A stretch of 64,000 nucleotides of DNA. Origin: Patescibacteria group bacterium (lineage in GTDB: Bacteria > Patescibacteriota > Patescibacteriia > JBAZBY01). Shown in pieces: positions 48,386-56,655 of the stretch. Below the pieces are notes generated by a model. It worked only from the letters and a program-made list of their open reading frames with translations. It made no database searches and was not told the origin of the DNA. The position numbers and the translations under genes are program-made. The stretch is from positions 494,940-558,939 of the forward strand of contig JBAZBY010000001.1 of the NCBI GenBank assembly GCA_041671225.1. Direction: 5' to 3'. How positions within the stretch are numbered: the first letter of the stretch is position 1; every line of letters starts with the position of its first letter.

Positions 48386-49063
48386 ATGGAACGCAAACTA
48401 CGCAAACCAAAACAAGCATCGACACAAGAGTATCTTCGTATTCAGGAGATCAAGGATGATGTCGTGGTGATGAAGGACGGAAGTCTTCGCGGCGTTTTGC
48501 TTGTTGCGTCGGTAAACTTTGCCCTCAAGAGTGACGACGAGCAGATTGCCGTTATTCAGTCGTATACGCAGTTTTTGAATGCTCTTACGTTTCCCTTGCA
48601 AATCGTTATCCAATCGCGCAAATTGAATGTGGATGAGTATTTGAACCGTCTTCGTGAGGTTGAGAAAGCACAAACGAATGATTTACTGAAGATGCAGACG
48701 GCGGAGTACGTGCAGTATATTAAGGAGCTTGTGGAAATCGCCGACATTATGTCGAAGCGTTTTTATGTGGTGGTGCCGTTTTATCCAGGAGAGAACGAAC
48801 GAACGCCGGCGAAGTTTTTTGGACGTTTTTTTCAGGCATTGTCGCCAACAAGCATCATCCATCTGAAGCAAAAGCAGTTCATTGATTTGCGCACAGAACT
48901 CATGAAGCGCATTGATTATATCATTGAGGGTCTTTCTGAATCCGGCTTAAAAAGCGTTTTACTCAATACGCAGAGCCTCATTGAGCTTTATTACAATACC
49001 TATAATCCAGAAGTGTACAGCCAAGAGCAATTACTTGATGTTTCAAAGATTCAAATAGACTAA
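48386..49063 (+). CDS. T4SS-associated protein resembling a stand-alone VirB4/TraC N-terminal domain
   Basis: ASTQ..L.I.EI.D, VNFALKS..EQ, FLNAL.FP.QI; located between PrgI and the ATPase. Confidence 0.65.
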   Translation: MERKLRKPKQASTQEYLRIQEIKDDVVVMKDGSLRGVLLVASVNFALKSDDEQIAVIQSYTQFLNALTFPLQIVIQSRKLNVDEYLNRLREVEKAQTNDLLKMQTAEYVQYIKELVEIADIMSKRFYVVVPFYPGENERTPAKFFGRFFQALSPTSIIHLKQKQFIDLRTELMKRIDYIIEGLSESGLKSVLLNTQSLIELYYNTYNPEVYSQEQLLDVSKIQID

Positions 49064-49064
49064 C

Positions 49065-51047
49065 ATGGCAGAAATCGACCTCTCCAAAGCAGGAAAGCTC
49101 CGCGAGCCTCAACGCAAGGTTTCTATTGAGGAGCGTCAGAAGCAGGAACAGCAACACCTGCAAAAGCAAAAACAACTTCTTGAAGCTGAGCGGTTGTATC
49201 GGGAGGGTGTTGTCTCCGTTCGTGATCTGATAGCCCCAGCCGCCATGAAGGTGGAAAATGATTATATTCGTTTGGGCAGCAAGTTTGTCCGTACGGTGTT
49301 TGTGGTGACGTATCCTCGCTATATTGCCGTTGGATGGTTTTCACCGATCATTACTCTGAACTATACATTGGATATTGGCATGTTCTTCTATCCTGTGGAT
49401 TCCGCGGTTATTTTAAAGCAGCTGAAGAATAAAGTCGGCGCTCTTGAGGCGCAGATTCTCGCCGATGCAGAAAAGGGTGCGCCGCGTGATCCTCTTCGTG
49501 AAACCGCGCTCCGCGACATTGAAAAACTCCGCGATGATCTCACCCAAGGCACAGAGAAGTTCTTTCAATATGCGCTCTATATCACCATCTATGCAGATGA
49601 TAAGAAAGACCTTGATCGTCAGACAGAAAAGGTAGAATCACTTTTTGGCGCACGACTGGTGTATACAAAGCGCGCGCTCTTTCAATCTGAACAGGGTTTT
49701 AATGCCACAGTGCCGATGGGAGAAGATGAACTCATGGTGACCTTCAACATGAATTCTTCGCCTGTTGCAAGTTCCTTCCCGTTCGTTTCAAGTGACCTCA
49801 CGAGTGATAACGGCATTCTTTACGGCATTAACCGCCATAATAACTCACTGATTCTTTTTGACCGCTTTAGCCTGCAGAATGCGAATTCCGTGGTGTTTGC
49901 AACCGCTGGCGCTGGAAAGAGTTATGCCGTGAAACTGGAGATCCTGCGTTCACTTATGCTTGGGACGGAAATCATTGTCATCGATCCTGAAATGGAATAC
50001 AAACATCTTTCTGAGGCGGTGGGCGGAACATATATTAGCATCTCACTCAACGCGGATTCCAAGATTAATCCTTTTGATCTCCCCAGTGCCCTGCAGGGTG
50101 ATGAAAAACCGGCTGATATCATCCGGTCCGCCGTCATCACGTTAAAATCGCTGCTGCGCCTCATGCTCGGCGAACTGACGCATGAAGAAGACTCCATCAT
50201 TGACCGCGCGTTGCTTGAAACGTATGCCAAGAAGGACATCACTCCGGATGCGGATCTTTCCAATATTGAAGCCCCGCTCATGACGGATTTTCAGGAAGTG
50301 CTTTCTGGCATGGAGGGCGCGGATGGATTAGTTGAACGTTTAAAAAAGTATACTGAGGGGACGTTCTCTGGCTTGTTTAATAGCCCGACGAATGTTGAAC
50401 TTAAGAATAATCTCGTCGTGTTCTCTGTGCGTGACCTTGAGGATGAACTGCGCCCGATCGGCATCTCAACGATTATTTCGTATATTTGGAATATCGCGCG
50501 CTCCAGGCTCAAGAAGCGTCTTTTAGTCATTGATGAAGCCTGGTGGCTGATGCAGCATGAAGACTCGGCAAAGTTTATCTACGCACTGGTCAAGCGCGCA
50601 CGAAAGTATTATTTGGGCGTTACCACCATTACGCAGGACGTGAATGACTTCTTACGTTCGCCATATGGCCAGGCCATCATTAACAACTCAGCCTTGCAGT
50701 TGCTCATGAAGCAGTCACGATCCGGGATCGATATTGTCGCCAAGACATTCATTCTCACAGAAGGTGAGAAGTATTTGTTGCTGGAATCCGGCGTTGGTGA
50801 AGGTATCTTCTTTGCCGGTTCTAAACACGCTGCGATCAAAGTTGTTGCTTCGTATACAGAAGATCAGATTATTACATCAGATCCGCGCCAGCTTCTTGAA
50901 ATTGAGGATGCAAAAAAAGAGTTTGAGGCATCATTGGATAGTAACGAGGAAGATGGTATTGAGGATATCTTTGATGCGGAAGAAAAATTGAACCCAATGA
51001 GTCCTGAAGAGCGGGAGATCCAGGAGATGCGTACTACAAAGCGATGA
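49065..51047 (+). CDS. virB4: VirB4-like T4SS ATPase
   Basis: ATAGAGKS Walker A, IDPE.EY, INPFD, LVIDEAW Walker B, RARKY, ITQ. Confidence 0.88.
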   Translation: MAEIDLSKAGKLREPQRKVSIEERQKQEQQHLQKQKQLLEAERLYREGVVSVRDLIAPAAMKVENDYIRLGSKFVRTVFVVTYPRYIAVGWFSPIITLNYTLDIGMFFYPVDSAVILKQLKNKVGALEAQILADAEKGAPRDPLRETALRDIEKLRDDLTQGTEKFFQYALYITIYADDKKDLDRQTEKVESLFGARLVYTKRALFQSEQGFNATVPMGEDELMVTFNMNSSPVASSFPFVSSDLTSDNGILYGINRHNNSLILFDRFSLQNANSVVFATAGAGKSYAVKLEILRSLMLGTEIIVIDPEMEYKHLSEAVGGTYISISLNADSKINPFDLPSALQGDEKPADIIRSAVITLKSLLRLMLGELTHEEDSIIDRALLETYAKKDITPDADLSNIEAPLMTDFQEVLSGMEGADGLVERLKKYTEGTFSGLFNSPTNVELKNNLVVFSVRDLEDELRPIGISTIISYIWNIARSRLKKRLLVIDEAWWLMQHEDSAKFIYALVKRARKYYLGVTTITQDVNDFLRSPYGQAIINNSALQLLMKQSRSGIDIVAKTFILTEGEKYLLLESGVGEGIFFAGSKHAAIKVVASYTEDQIITSDPRQLLEIEDAKKEFEASLDSNEEDGIEDIFDAEEKLNPMSPEEREIQEMRTTKR

Positions 51048-51619
51048 GTCCCGCCATCCGTATTACACTGATTTTTGTGAGTATTATCCTTGTTGGGGGG
51101 ATCGGACTCGGTTTACTGCTCTTTAAAGATTCATCACCAGACACCGTTCAGGACACTCTTCCGGAGAACGAAGATGTCGTGCCTGCGACGACACCGACAA
51201 ATTCCAGTATATCGGAGGATGCGCCCGTTATTGAACCAGAGGCGAATACGACGCAGCAGATTCGCAACGTTGCCATCATTTTTTCAGAACGTTTTGAAAG
51301 CTATAATGAAAACGCGCGCGAAGCAGTGCTCCCCAGCGTTCAAGCGTATCTCACGGATGCAAGCCTTGTGACGCTCACAAGAGAGGCCGAATATCTTGCT
51401 ACACAGCCGAATGTTGAAAAGCCGAACGTCTACACTGCTCAAGCGTTCAATGTTTCCATTGTTGATGAGCAGCCAGCTCGGGCAACGGTTGATGTTTCAC
51501 TTTTTGTAGAAACTTCTATAGGAGCGTCAATTGAGGTGACCTCTACGGAGCAACGTACACGACGATATATCCTTATCCAAGAAAATGAGAACTGGAAAAT
51601 AATAAATGCCATTTTCTAA
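51044..51619 (+). CDS. Single-TM hypothetical protein (possible NTF2-like/VirB8-like fold)
   Basis: N-terminal TM; helix F.ERF.SY then beta strands ending ENENWKI; overlaps the virB4 stop. Confidence 0.55.
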   Translation: MSPAIRITLIFVSIILVGGIGLGLLLFKDSSPDTVQDTLPENEDVVPATTPTNSSISEDAPVIEPEANTTQQIRNVAIIFSERFESYNENAREAVLPSVQAYLTDASLVTLTREAEYLATQPNVEKPNVYTAQAFNVSIVDEQPARATVDVSLFVETSIGASIEVTSTEQRTRRYILIQENENWKIINAIF

Positions 51620-52916
51620 GCGCGCCATCTTAACTTTTCTTCTCCTGCTTTTGGCGGTACTTTTTCTTGTGCCTGCAGGAGATGTGCATGCACAAGAACA
51701 CGAGATTCAGTTGAGCGTGGATCTGCCCGGCACGTCGCCATGCAGCTATGATGCAACAAAAAAATGTGTTGCGGATTTTGGTGATTATATGGCGAACTTT
51801 TACCGCTGGTTTGTGAGCGTTTCTGGCGTGCTTGCGATCGCAATGCTTGTGATGGGCGGATTCATGTGGATAACCGCAACAGGAAACAGCAGCAAAATCG
51901 AATCCGCAAAGGATGTGATTAACAGTGCGCTTTCTGGCGTGGTTCTTTTGATGCTTTCTTTTTTGTTCTTGCAACTCATCAACCCGCAGATTCTTTCATT
52001 GCGTCTTCCTATTCCCGGCATCACGGGTAGCGATTTTTTTCTTGATAGTACGATACTGTGCAACGGCCGTGCGATATTGGAAGACAGGGATACGGCGACC
52101 TGCGGGGACATTGTGTCCTTAGACATTGCAACAGCGGTTGGCGTGAAACAGCCTTGTATCTGGAATGAATGCAAAGATCCAAAGGAAGTCTGCGCGCCTA
52201 ATCCAAAAGTAGGGAAATATGAATGCCTGACTCCGATCAAGGGCTGCACGTACTCAAAACCAAAGGATTGCCAGGCAGTTGACCTTATTTTTCAAAATAC
52301 CGTACCTCCCGTGACTGAAGGGGGGAAAGTGTTTTCCTGCCGCACGCGTAACCTCACAGATGCCATTCCTCTTATTGGGTATGAAGATGACTGCAGCCCT
52401 GGCCCAATATGGTCAACATATGCGCCTCTTCCCGTAAAAGACCTGGTTGATAGCCGTATTGCGGATTCTGGGTATCAATGTGGTGATGACGCAGACTGGA
52501 TGCGCGTTACGTGCGATGCCGGTAAAGGAAGAAAAACAGAGTGTTGGCGTCCGGATGATGGTGGTCCGAGAGAGGAAACAAAGAGCATTAATGATCCATG
52601 GTGGGCGCAGTTGGATAACCATATGGCTGTTTCCTATATCAAGGCACGCTTAACATGCACAGATGCTGCACGGGCGAATCAAACGTCAGACATGGTTTGC
52701 TGCGGTCAGCGCGATAAAGGTCAGATTGATTGTCGGGGTATTGAAGAAAAAATCGATGAGAATGAAATTGCCGTACCTTGTGATTATTACAATACCCTGA
52801 CTGACGAGTATGACGGAAAACTTTCTACGAATAGCAAAGCAAAAGATAAGAACGCCACACGAGACTGGTGTGATGATATTTGCTTTATGCAAATAGATAT
52901 TAAATTTGGGCTCTAA
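51606..52916 (+). CDS. VirB2/TrbC-like pilin domain fused to a Cys-rich extracellular domain
   Basis: Signal peptide; Y...G.LA..M.V.GG..W.TA.GNSSKI..AK..I..ALSG.VL..S..L..INP; many Cys downstream. Confidence 0.7.
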   Translation: MPFSKRAILTFLLLLLAVLFLVPAGDVHAQEHEIQLSVDLPGTSPCSYDATKKCVADFGDYMANFYRWFVSVSGVLAIAMLVMGGFMWITATGNSSKIESAKDVINSALSGVVLLMLSFLFLQLINPQILSLRLPIPGITGSDFFLDSTILCNGRAILEDRDTATCGDIVSLDIATAVGVKQPCIWNECKDPKEVCAPNPKVGKYECLTPIKGCTYSKPKDCQAVDLIFQNTVPPVTEGGKVFSCRTRNLTDAIPLIGYEDDCSPGPIWSTYAPLPVKDLVDSRIADSGYQCGDDADWMRVTCDAGKGRKTECWRPDDGGPREETKSINDPWWAQLDNHMAVSYIKARLTCTDAARANQTSDMVCCGQRDKGQIDCRGIEEKIDENEIAVPCDYYNTLTDEYDGKLSTNSKAKDKNATRDWCDDICFMQIDIKFGL

Positions 52917-52919
52917 AAT

Positions 52920-54167
52920 ATGAATCGTTCACGGCTTCAGACGCTTCTCTATTTGGCGGCATTCATCATCACCGTTTTGCTTTTCATATTTGCGATATAT
53001 TGGTTGTTTTTTAGGACCGCTCCATCCACAAATACAAATGACAATGCAAACGAAAACGTGAATGGCTTGCCGAACGTGAATGCGGCAAATTTCAATGTCA
53101 ATGGAAACGCAAATGCGAATATTGCCTTACCGAATGTGAATACCACCGATCTCATAGATCGCATTGCTCAGGGCGGTTTCACACAGACCAACCTCGTTAC
53201 GGAAAATGCCGTCATTGCTCCAAGTTTTGGATCGAACGATCAGGATCTTGTTTTTTACGACACCGCTGAAGATAAGTTTTATCGTCGTACGCAAGATGGA
53301 CGTTCACAAACATTGCTCACTGAAGAGACCTTCCCCGAGGTTGAGTCGATAGCATGGTCACCAACAGGCGATAGGGCGGTGCTCACATTCCCTGATGACA
53401 CAAAACTCTATTATAACTTTGCCACGCAAGAGAAGGCGACGCTGCCAAAGGAGTTGAATGATATTTCTTTCTCGCAACAGGGCACGCAGATCGCCTCAAA
53501 GTTCGTAGGATCAGAAACCACTGATACGTGGCTGACGGTCTCGAATCCAGACGGAACAGGCGCAGAGATCCTTGAAAGCCTTGGTGAGAATGAAAGTCTT
53601 GTGGACGTCAACTGGTCGCCAACGCAACAAGTCGTGGCAACGTATCACCGCGGGACATCCTTTGATGCCGAAGAGGTTATTTTTCTTGGCAAAGAGGGAG
53701 AGAATTTCCCTTCCGTGAATGTACCCGGCCGCGGTTTTGAAGGAATTTGGAGCAGCGATGGACGGAAGATGCTCTATTCTGTGTACGCCCCTGAGACGCG
53801 CAACGTCCCGCAGATCTATTTTATGGATGCATCGGGGGATAATTTTGGCACAAATCATCAGACACTTGCACTTGAAACATGGGCGGACAAATGCACTTTC
53901 TCGCTTACCGGTACGAATGTGTATTGTGCGGTGCCGAACTTCTTGCCAAGCAGCTCCGGTTTTGACCGTGCACTTGCATTAGGTATCCCGGATGATATCT
54001 ATAAAATTGATCTTATCAATGGGCGCGCGGACAGAATCGCAACGCCGGTTGATTCCCGCGGCCTTGCAACCGTTACTGCTTCTGACCTTCTCGTTTCTCC
54101 TGCTGAAGATGTGCTGTATTTCAAAAGCGAGAGTGACGGGAAAGTTTATACCCTTAATCTTCGATAA
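52920..54167 (+). CDS. TM-anchored beta-propeller (TolB/WD40-like) protein with Asn-rich linker
   Basis: WSPTG, WSPT and WSSDG repeats; NANENVNG..NVNGNANAN linker. Confidence 0.7.
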   Translation: MNRSRLQTLLYLAAFIITVLLFIFAIYWLFFRTAPSTNTNDNANENVNGLPNVNAANFNVNGNANANIALPNVNTTDLIDRIAQGGFTQTNLVTENAVIAPSFGSNDQDLVFYDTAEDKFYRRTQDGRSQTLLTEETFPEVESIAWSPTGDRAVLTFPDDTKLYYNFATQEKATLPKELNDISFSQQGTQIASKFVGSETTDTWLTVSNPDGTGAEILESLGENESLVDVNWSPTQQVVATYHRGTSFDAEEVIFLGKEGENFPSVNVPGRGFEGIWSSDGRKMLYSVYAPETRNVPQIYFMDASGDNFGTNHQTLALETWADKCTFSLTGTNVYCAVPNFLPSSSGFDRALALGIPDDIYKIDLINGRADRIATPVDSRGLATVTASDLLVSPAEDVLYFKSESDGKVYTLNLR

Positions 54168-54264
54168 GTGCGCGATTCACTCACTGGCTATCTTCTTATC
54201 GCGATCGGCGCACTCTTCTTGCTCATACTGATTGTGCAACAATTTAAGTCGGCCTCATGATATT

Positions 54265-55551
54265 ATGAAACGTTCTCTCCTTTTTATCTCTTTTTTCATA
54301 CTTGTCGGCCTTAGTTTTGCGAGGCCGGTTTTTGCAGAGGGGTGTTGCGTGGGGCCAACGGCAGCATATTTTCTTTTTGATAATAATCAATGCCTTAATG
54401 AGGCCTCACCTCCTGGCCGCTGGGATGCGCATCAGTACCCGGACAGCATAACAGGCAAGTGCGAGCTGATGGTTGGCGCGGACGAGAGGGCGCTCGTTAT
54501 TGGTAAGTCCATTGCGACTCAGGTTGCAGAAAAGCCCCCGCTTATTTTTATTCCGAGCGTTGAGATACCGGGACTCTTCACTGGCCCCATTGTGGTTGGC
54601 AATGAGACATTAGGGCAGTATATCGCGGCGTTTTATATGTTTTTTGTCGGTCTCACGGGAGTGCTCGCAATGGCTATGTTGGTTTATTCTGGATTCCGGC
54701 GCATTACGGCAGCAGGGAACTCAAGCAAAGTACAGGAATCAACAGATATCATGAATGCCGCGCTTTCAGGCGTGGTACTGGTGATGCTCTCATATTTGCT
54801 GCTCAATCTCATTAATCCAGCACTGACGCGTCTTGCGGGCATGCAGCTTGATCCCATTAAGCCGGTATTGTTTTCATTTGAATCATCGGCTCATTCATTG
54901 AGGGACGCGAGTGTTTGCGGTGTTGGGGTGAACCCCGCAACAGGGGAACTTGTCGGTTTTCAGGATGATATTTATGAGTATGATGATATTTTTAAGGAGG
55001 TTGGTGATGCAAAAGGGGTGATGCCAAGCCTTTTAAAGGCGATCATGATAGTAGAGTCATGTGGGGATCCAGATGCAGCAAGCGTTCTGGAAGATGGTAC
55101 AAATGGCGGATGTGGTCTTATGCAGGTGAATCCAAAAAACAACACAACGGGCGGTTCTGGTTGTGACGGTCTCAGAACACCCGCAATTGAACCGACAGAT
55201 TCTGACGCCGTTAAAGAAGCAAAGCTAAAAATCATCAAAGCGAATATCACGCGTGGCGCAGAGATTATTGTACACGCGTATAAAAAAACATGTCCAGAAA
55301 CGGCGCGATATGAGTCTGGTGAAGTTGTGCAGTGCGATCATCAAAAGAGTGGCTGTATTGTGGGTGCTGATCGTTATGCCATTGCTGCGTATAATGGAGG
55401 CACTGGTGCAAATTGTAACAGCAGTGATTGTCAGGGAGAGACTTGGTGGGAGTGTAAGAATAATGATGGTTTTGCAGCAACACGACAGTATGTATCGAGT
55501 ATTGTGGCAGCGCACAATATGATCAGAAATAGAAATTGGATTCCGGATTAA
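54265..55551 (+). CDS. VirB2-like pilin domain fused to a lytic transglycosylase (SLT, VirB1-like)
   Basis: Pilin block near-identical in pattern to that of 51606; LLKAIMIVES (catalytic E), GLMQV, AIAAYNGG, TRQYV. Confidence 0.8.
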   Translation: MKRSLLFISFFILVGLSFARPVFAEGCCVGPTAAYFLFDNNQCLNEASPPGRWDAHQYPDSITGKCELMVGADERALVIGKSIATQVAEKPPLIFIPSVEIPGLFTGPIVVGNETLGQYIAAFYMFFVGLTGVLAMAMLVYSGFRRITAAGNSSKVQESTDIMNAALSGVVLVMLSYLLLNLINPALTRLAGMQLDPIKPVLFSFESSAHSLRDASVCGVGVNPATGELVGFQDDIYEYDDIFKEVGDAKGVMPSLLKAIMIVESCGDPDAASVLEDGTNGGCGLMQVNPKNNTTGGSGCDGLRTPAIEPTDSDAVKEAKLKIIKANITRGAEIIVHAYKKTCPETARYESGEVVQCDHQKSGCIVGADRYAIAAYNGGTGANCNSSDCQGETWWECKNNDGFAATRQYVSSIVAAHNMIRNRNWIPD

Positions 55552-55594
55552 AAGAAGGAGGCGGGCCAAGGGTTTGAACCTTGTGTTACCCGCC
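55552..55594 (-). terminator. Terminator-like hairpin shaped as a tRNA minihelix
   Basis: Minus strand reads GGCGGGT-AACA-CAAGG-TTCAAAC-CCTTG-GCCCGCC-TCC-TTCTTTT. Confidence 0.55.
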
Positions 55595-55777
55595 ATCGTA
55601 TCTAGCGCCCCGTAAGGGGAGAGTGCCGTGAGATTGGCCTGTGCGCTCGCAAGGAGCGCTGTTTCAGGCACGTATCAGGCGCCTCTTTCGCTGTTTGTGC
55701 TGTTGTGTGGGGTTTGGCGGCTACGTCGTGTTGCTGAATCTAGGATGACCCGTCTTCCTCACACTGTTTGGGAGTCC

Positions 55778-56317
55778 CTACCGTTCGTCGCCGCGACCAG
55801 AGTGGTAGCGACGCCGGTGCGGATGTCCCGGACCCATGAGGGCGCCGGTGTACCCCAGGGAGGATTCCCTAGGGTGCGCTCCGCTTCCGGACAGTACCAG
55901 CTCGGCATCGGCGGCGCCCAGCCTCTTGCTCTCGTTGCCGGGAAGATCCAGTGTCCGCGTCGGCAGCTGGCGCGGCTTCGGCTCGAGCCGCAACCCTTCC
56001 TGCGGGATGTCAGTTCCGGTGAGGAAACCTTCCCGTTGGAGGACTTCGTGCTCGGCCATTACGCCAGGACCGAAAGCGGGGTAGATGATGCGCGGTTTGG
56101 CCACGCTCGGGTCAGTGAGACCCCAGCGCAGCGTCCGCGACATCGGTTGATCGCTTCCGTGTACCAGTCCGGTCTGACTGCAGACCAGCCGCGCAGAACC
56201 TTTCGGTTCTGGCACCGCGAACCCGAAACCCAGGGTTCCGATACAGCAGCGGTGTCCGCTGCCTGTGTCGTGCCCCGGGCATTGGTCACCCGACTTGAGA
56301 GACTTCTTTTTTTCCAT
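55778..56317 (-). CDS. Orphan GC-rich hypothetical protein (179 aa) with N-terminal Cys/His cluster
   Basis: MEKKKS start; CPGH..HRCC..C..H; own upstream promoter. Coding status uncertain. Confidence 0.45.
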   Translation of the reverse strand: MEKKKSLKSGDQCPGHDTGSGHRCCIGTLGFGFAVPEPKGSARLVCSQTGLVHGSDQPMSRTLRWGLTDPSVAKPRIIYPAFGPGVMAEHEVLQREGFLTGTDIPQEGLRLEPKPRQLPTRTLDLPGNESKRLGAADAELVLSGSGAHPRESSLGYTGALMGPGHPHRRRYHSGRGDER

Positions 56318-56608
56318 CTGCTTTGAACCTTTTCGCGTGTTGAGGGTTGTCACGCCATACTTCACTACCCTTTCTTTTTTTTGGAGGTATGACGCTGTTG
56401 CGTTGCGTGGAATCCCTCCCTTGCTCATTTGAGTGGAAGGGGAAAAGGGGGAGCACGCCGAAAATGTTCGGAGGGCAACTCCCATGATGTCCGCTGGGCG
56501 GTTCAAGACCCTAAACATCATGAGAAGAACACTTCTCGGGCATGCTCCCAAAGATTGGGAACAAAGCAACACGAAGTAGCTTTCAAGGTGCGCTTTGTGT
56601 TTGCATGG

Positions 56609-56636
56609 ACTATACGAGAAAGAGGATATTTGTCAA
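56609..56636 (-). promoter_or_regulatory. Sigma70 promoter for the orphan transcription unit
   Basis: Minus strand TTGACA-16-TATAGT, followed by GCACCTTGAAA. Confidence 0.65.
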
Positions 56637-56655
56637 GTTGAACCCTGGTCTCTTC

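Noticed and set aside
24847-55551. Integrative conjugative element or prophage
   Set aside because: No relaxase, coupling protein, integrase, att repeats or phage structural genes were seen; the flanks are housekeeping genes.
55628-56326. 232-aa plus-strand ORF
   Set aside because: It has no promoter, RBS or recognisable motif, and lies antisense to the promoter-supported minus-strand unit. Probably a GC-rich shadow ORF.
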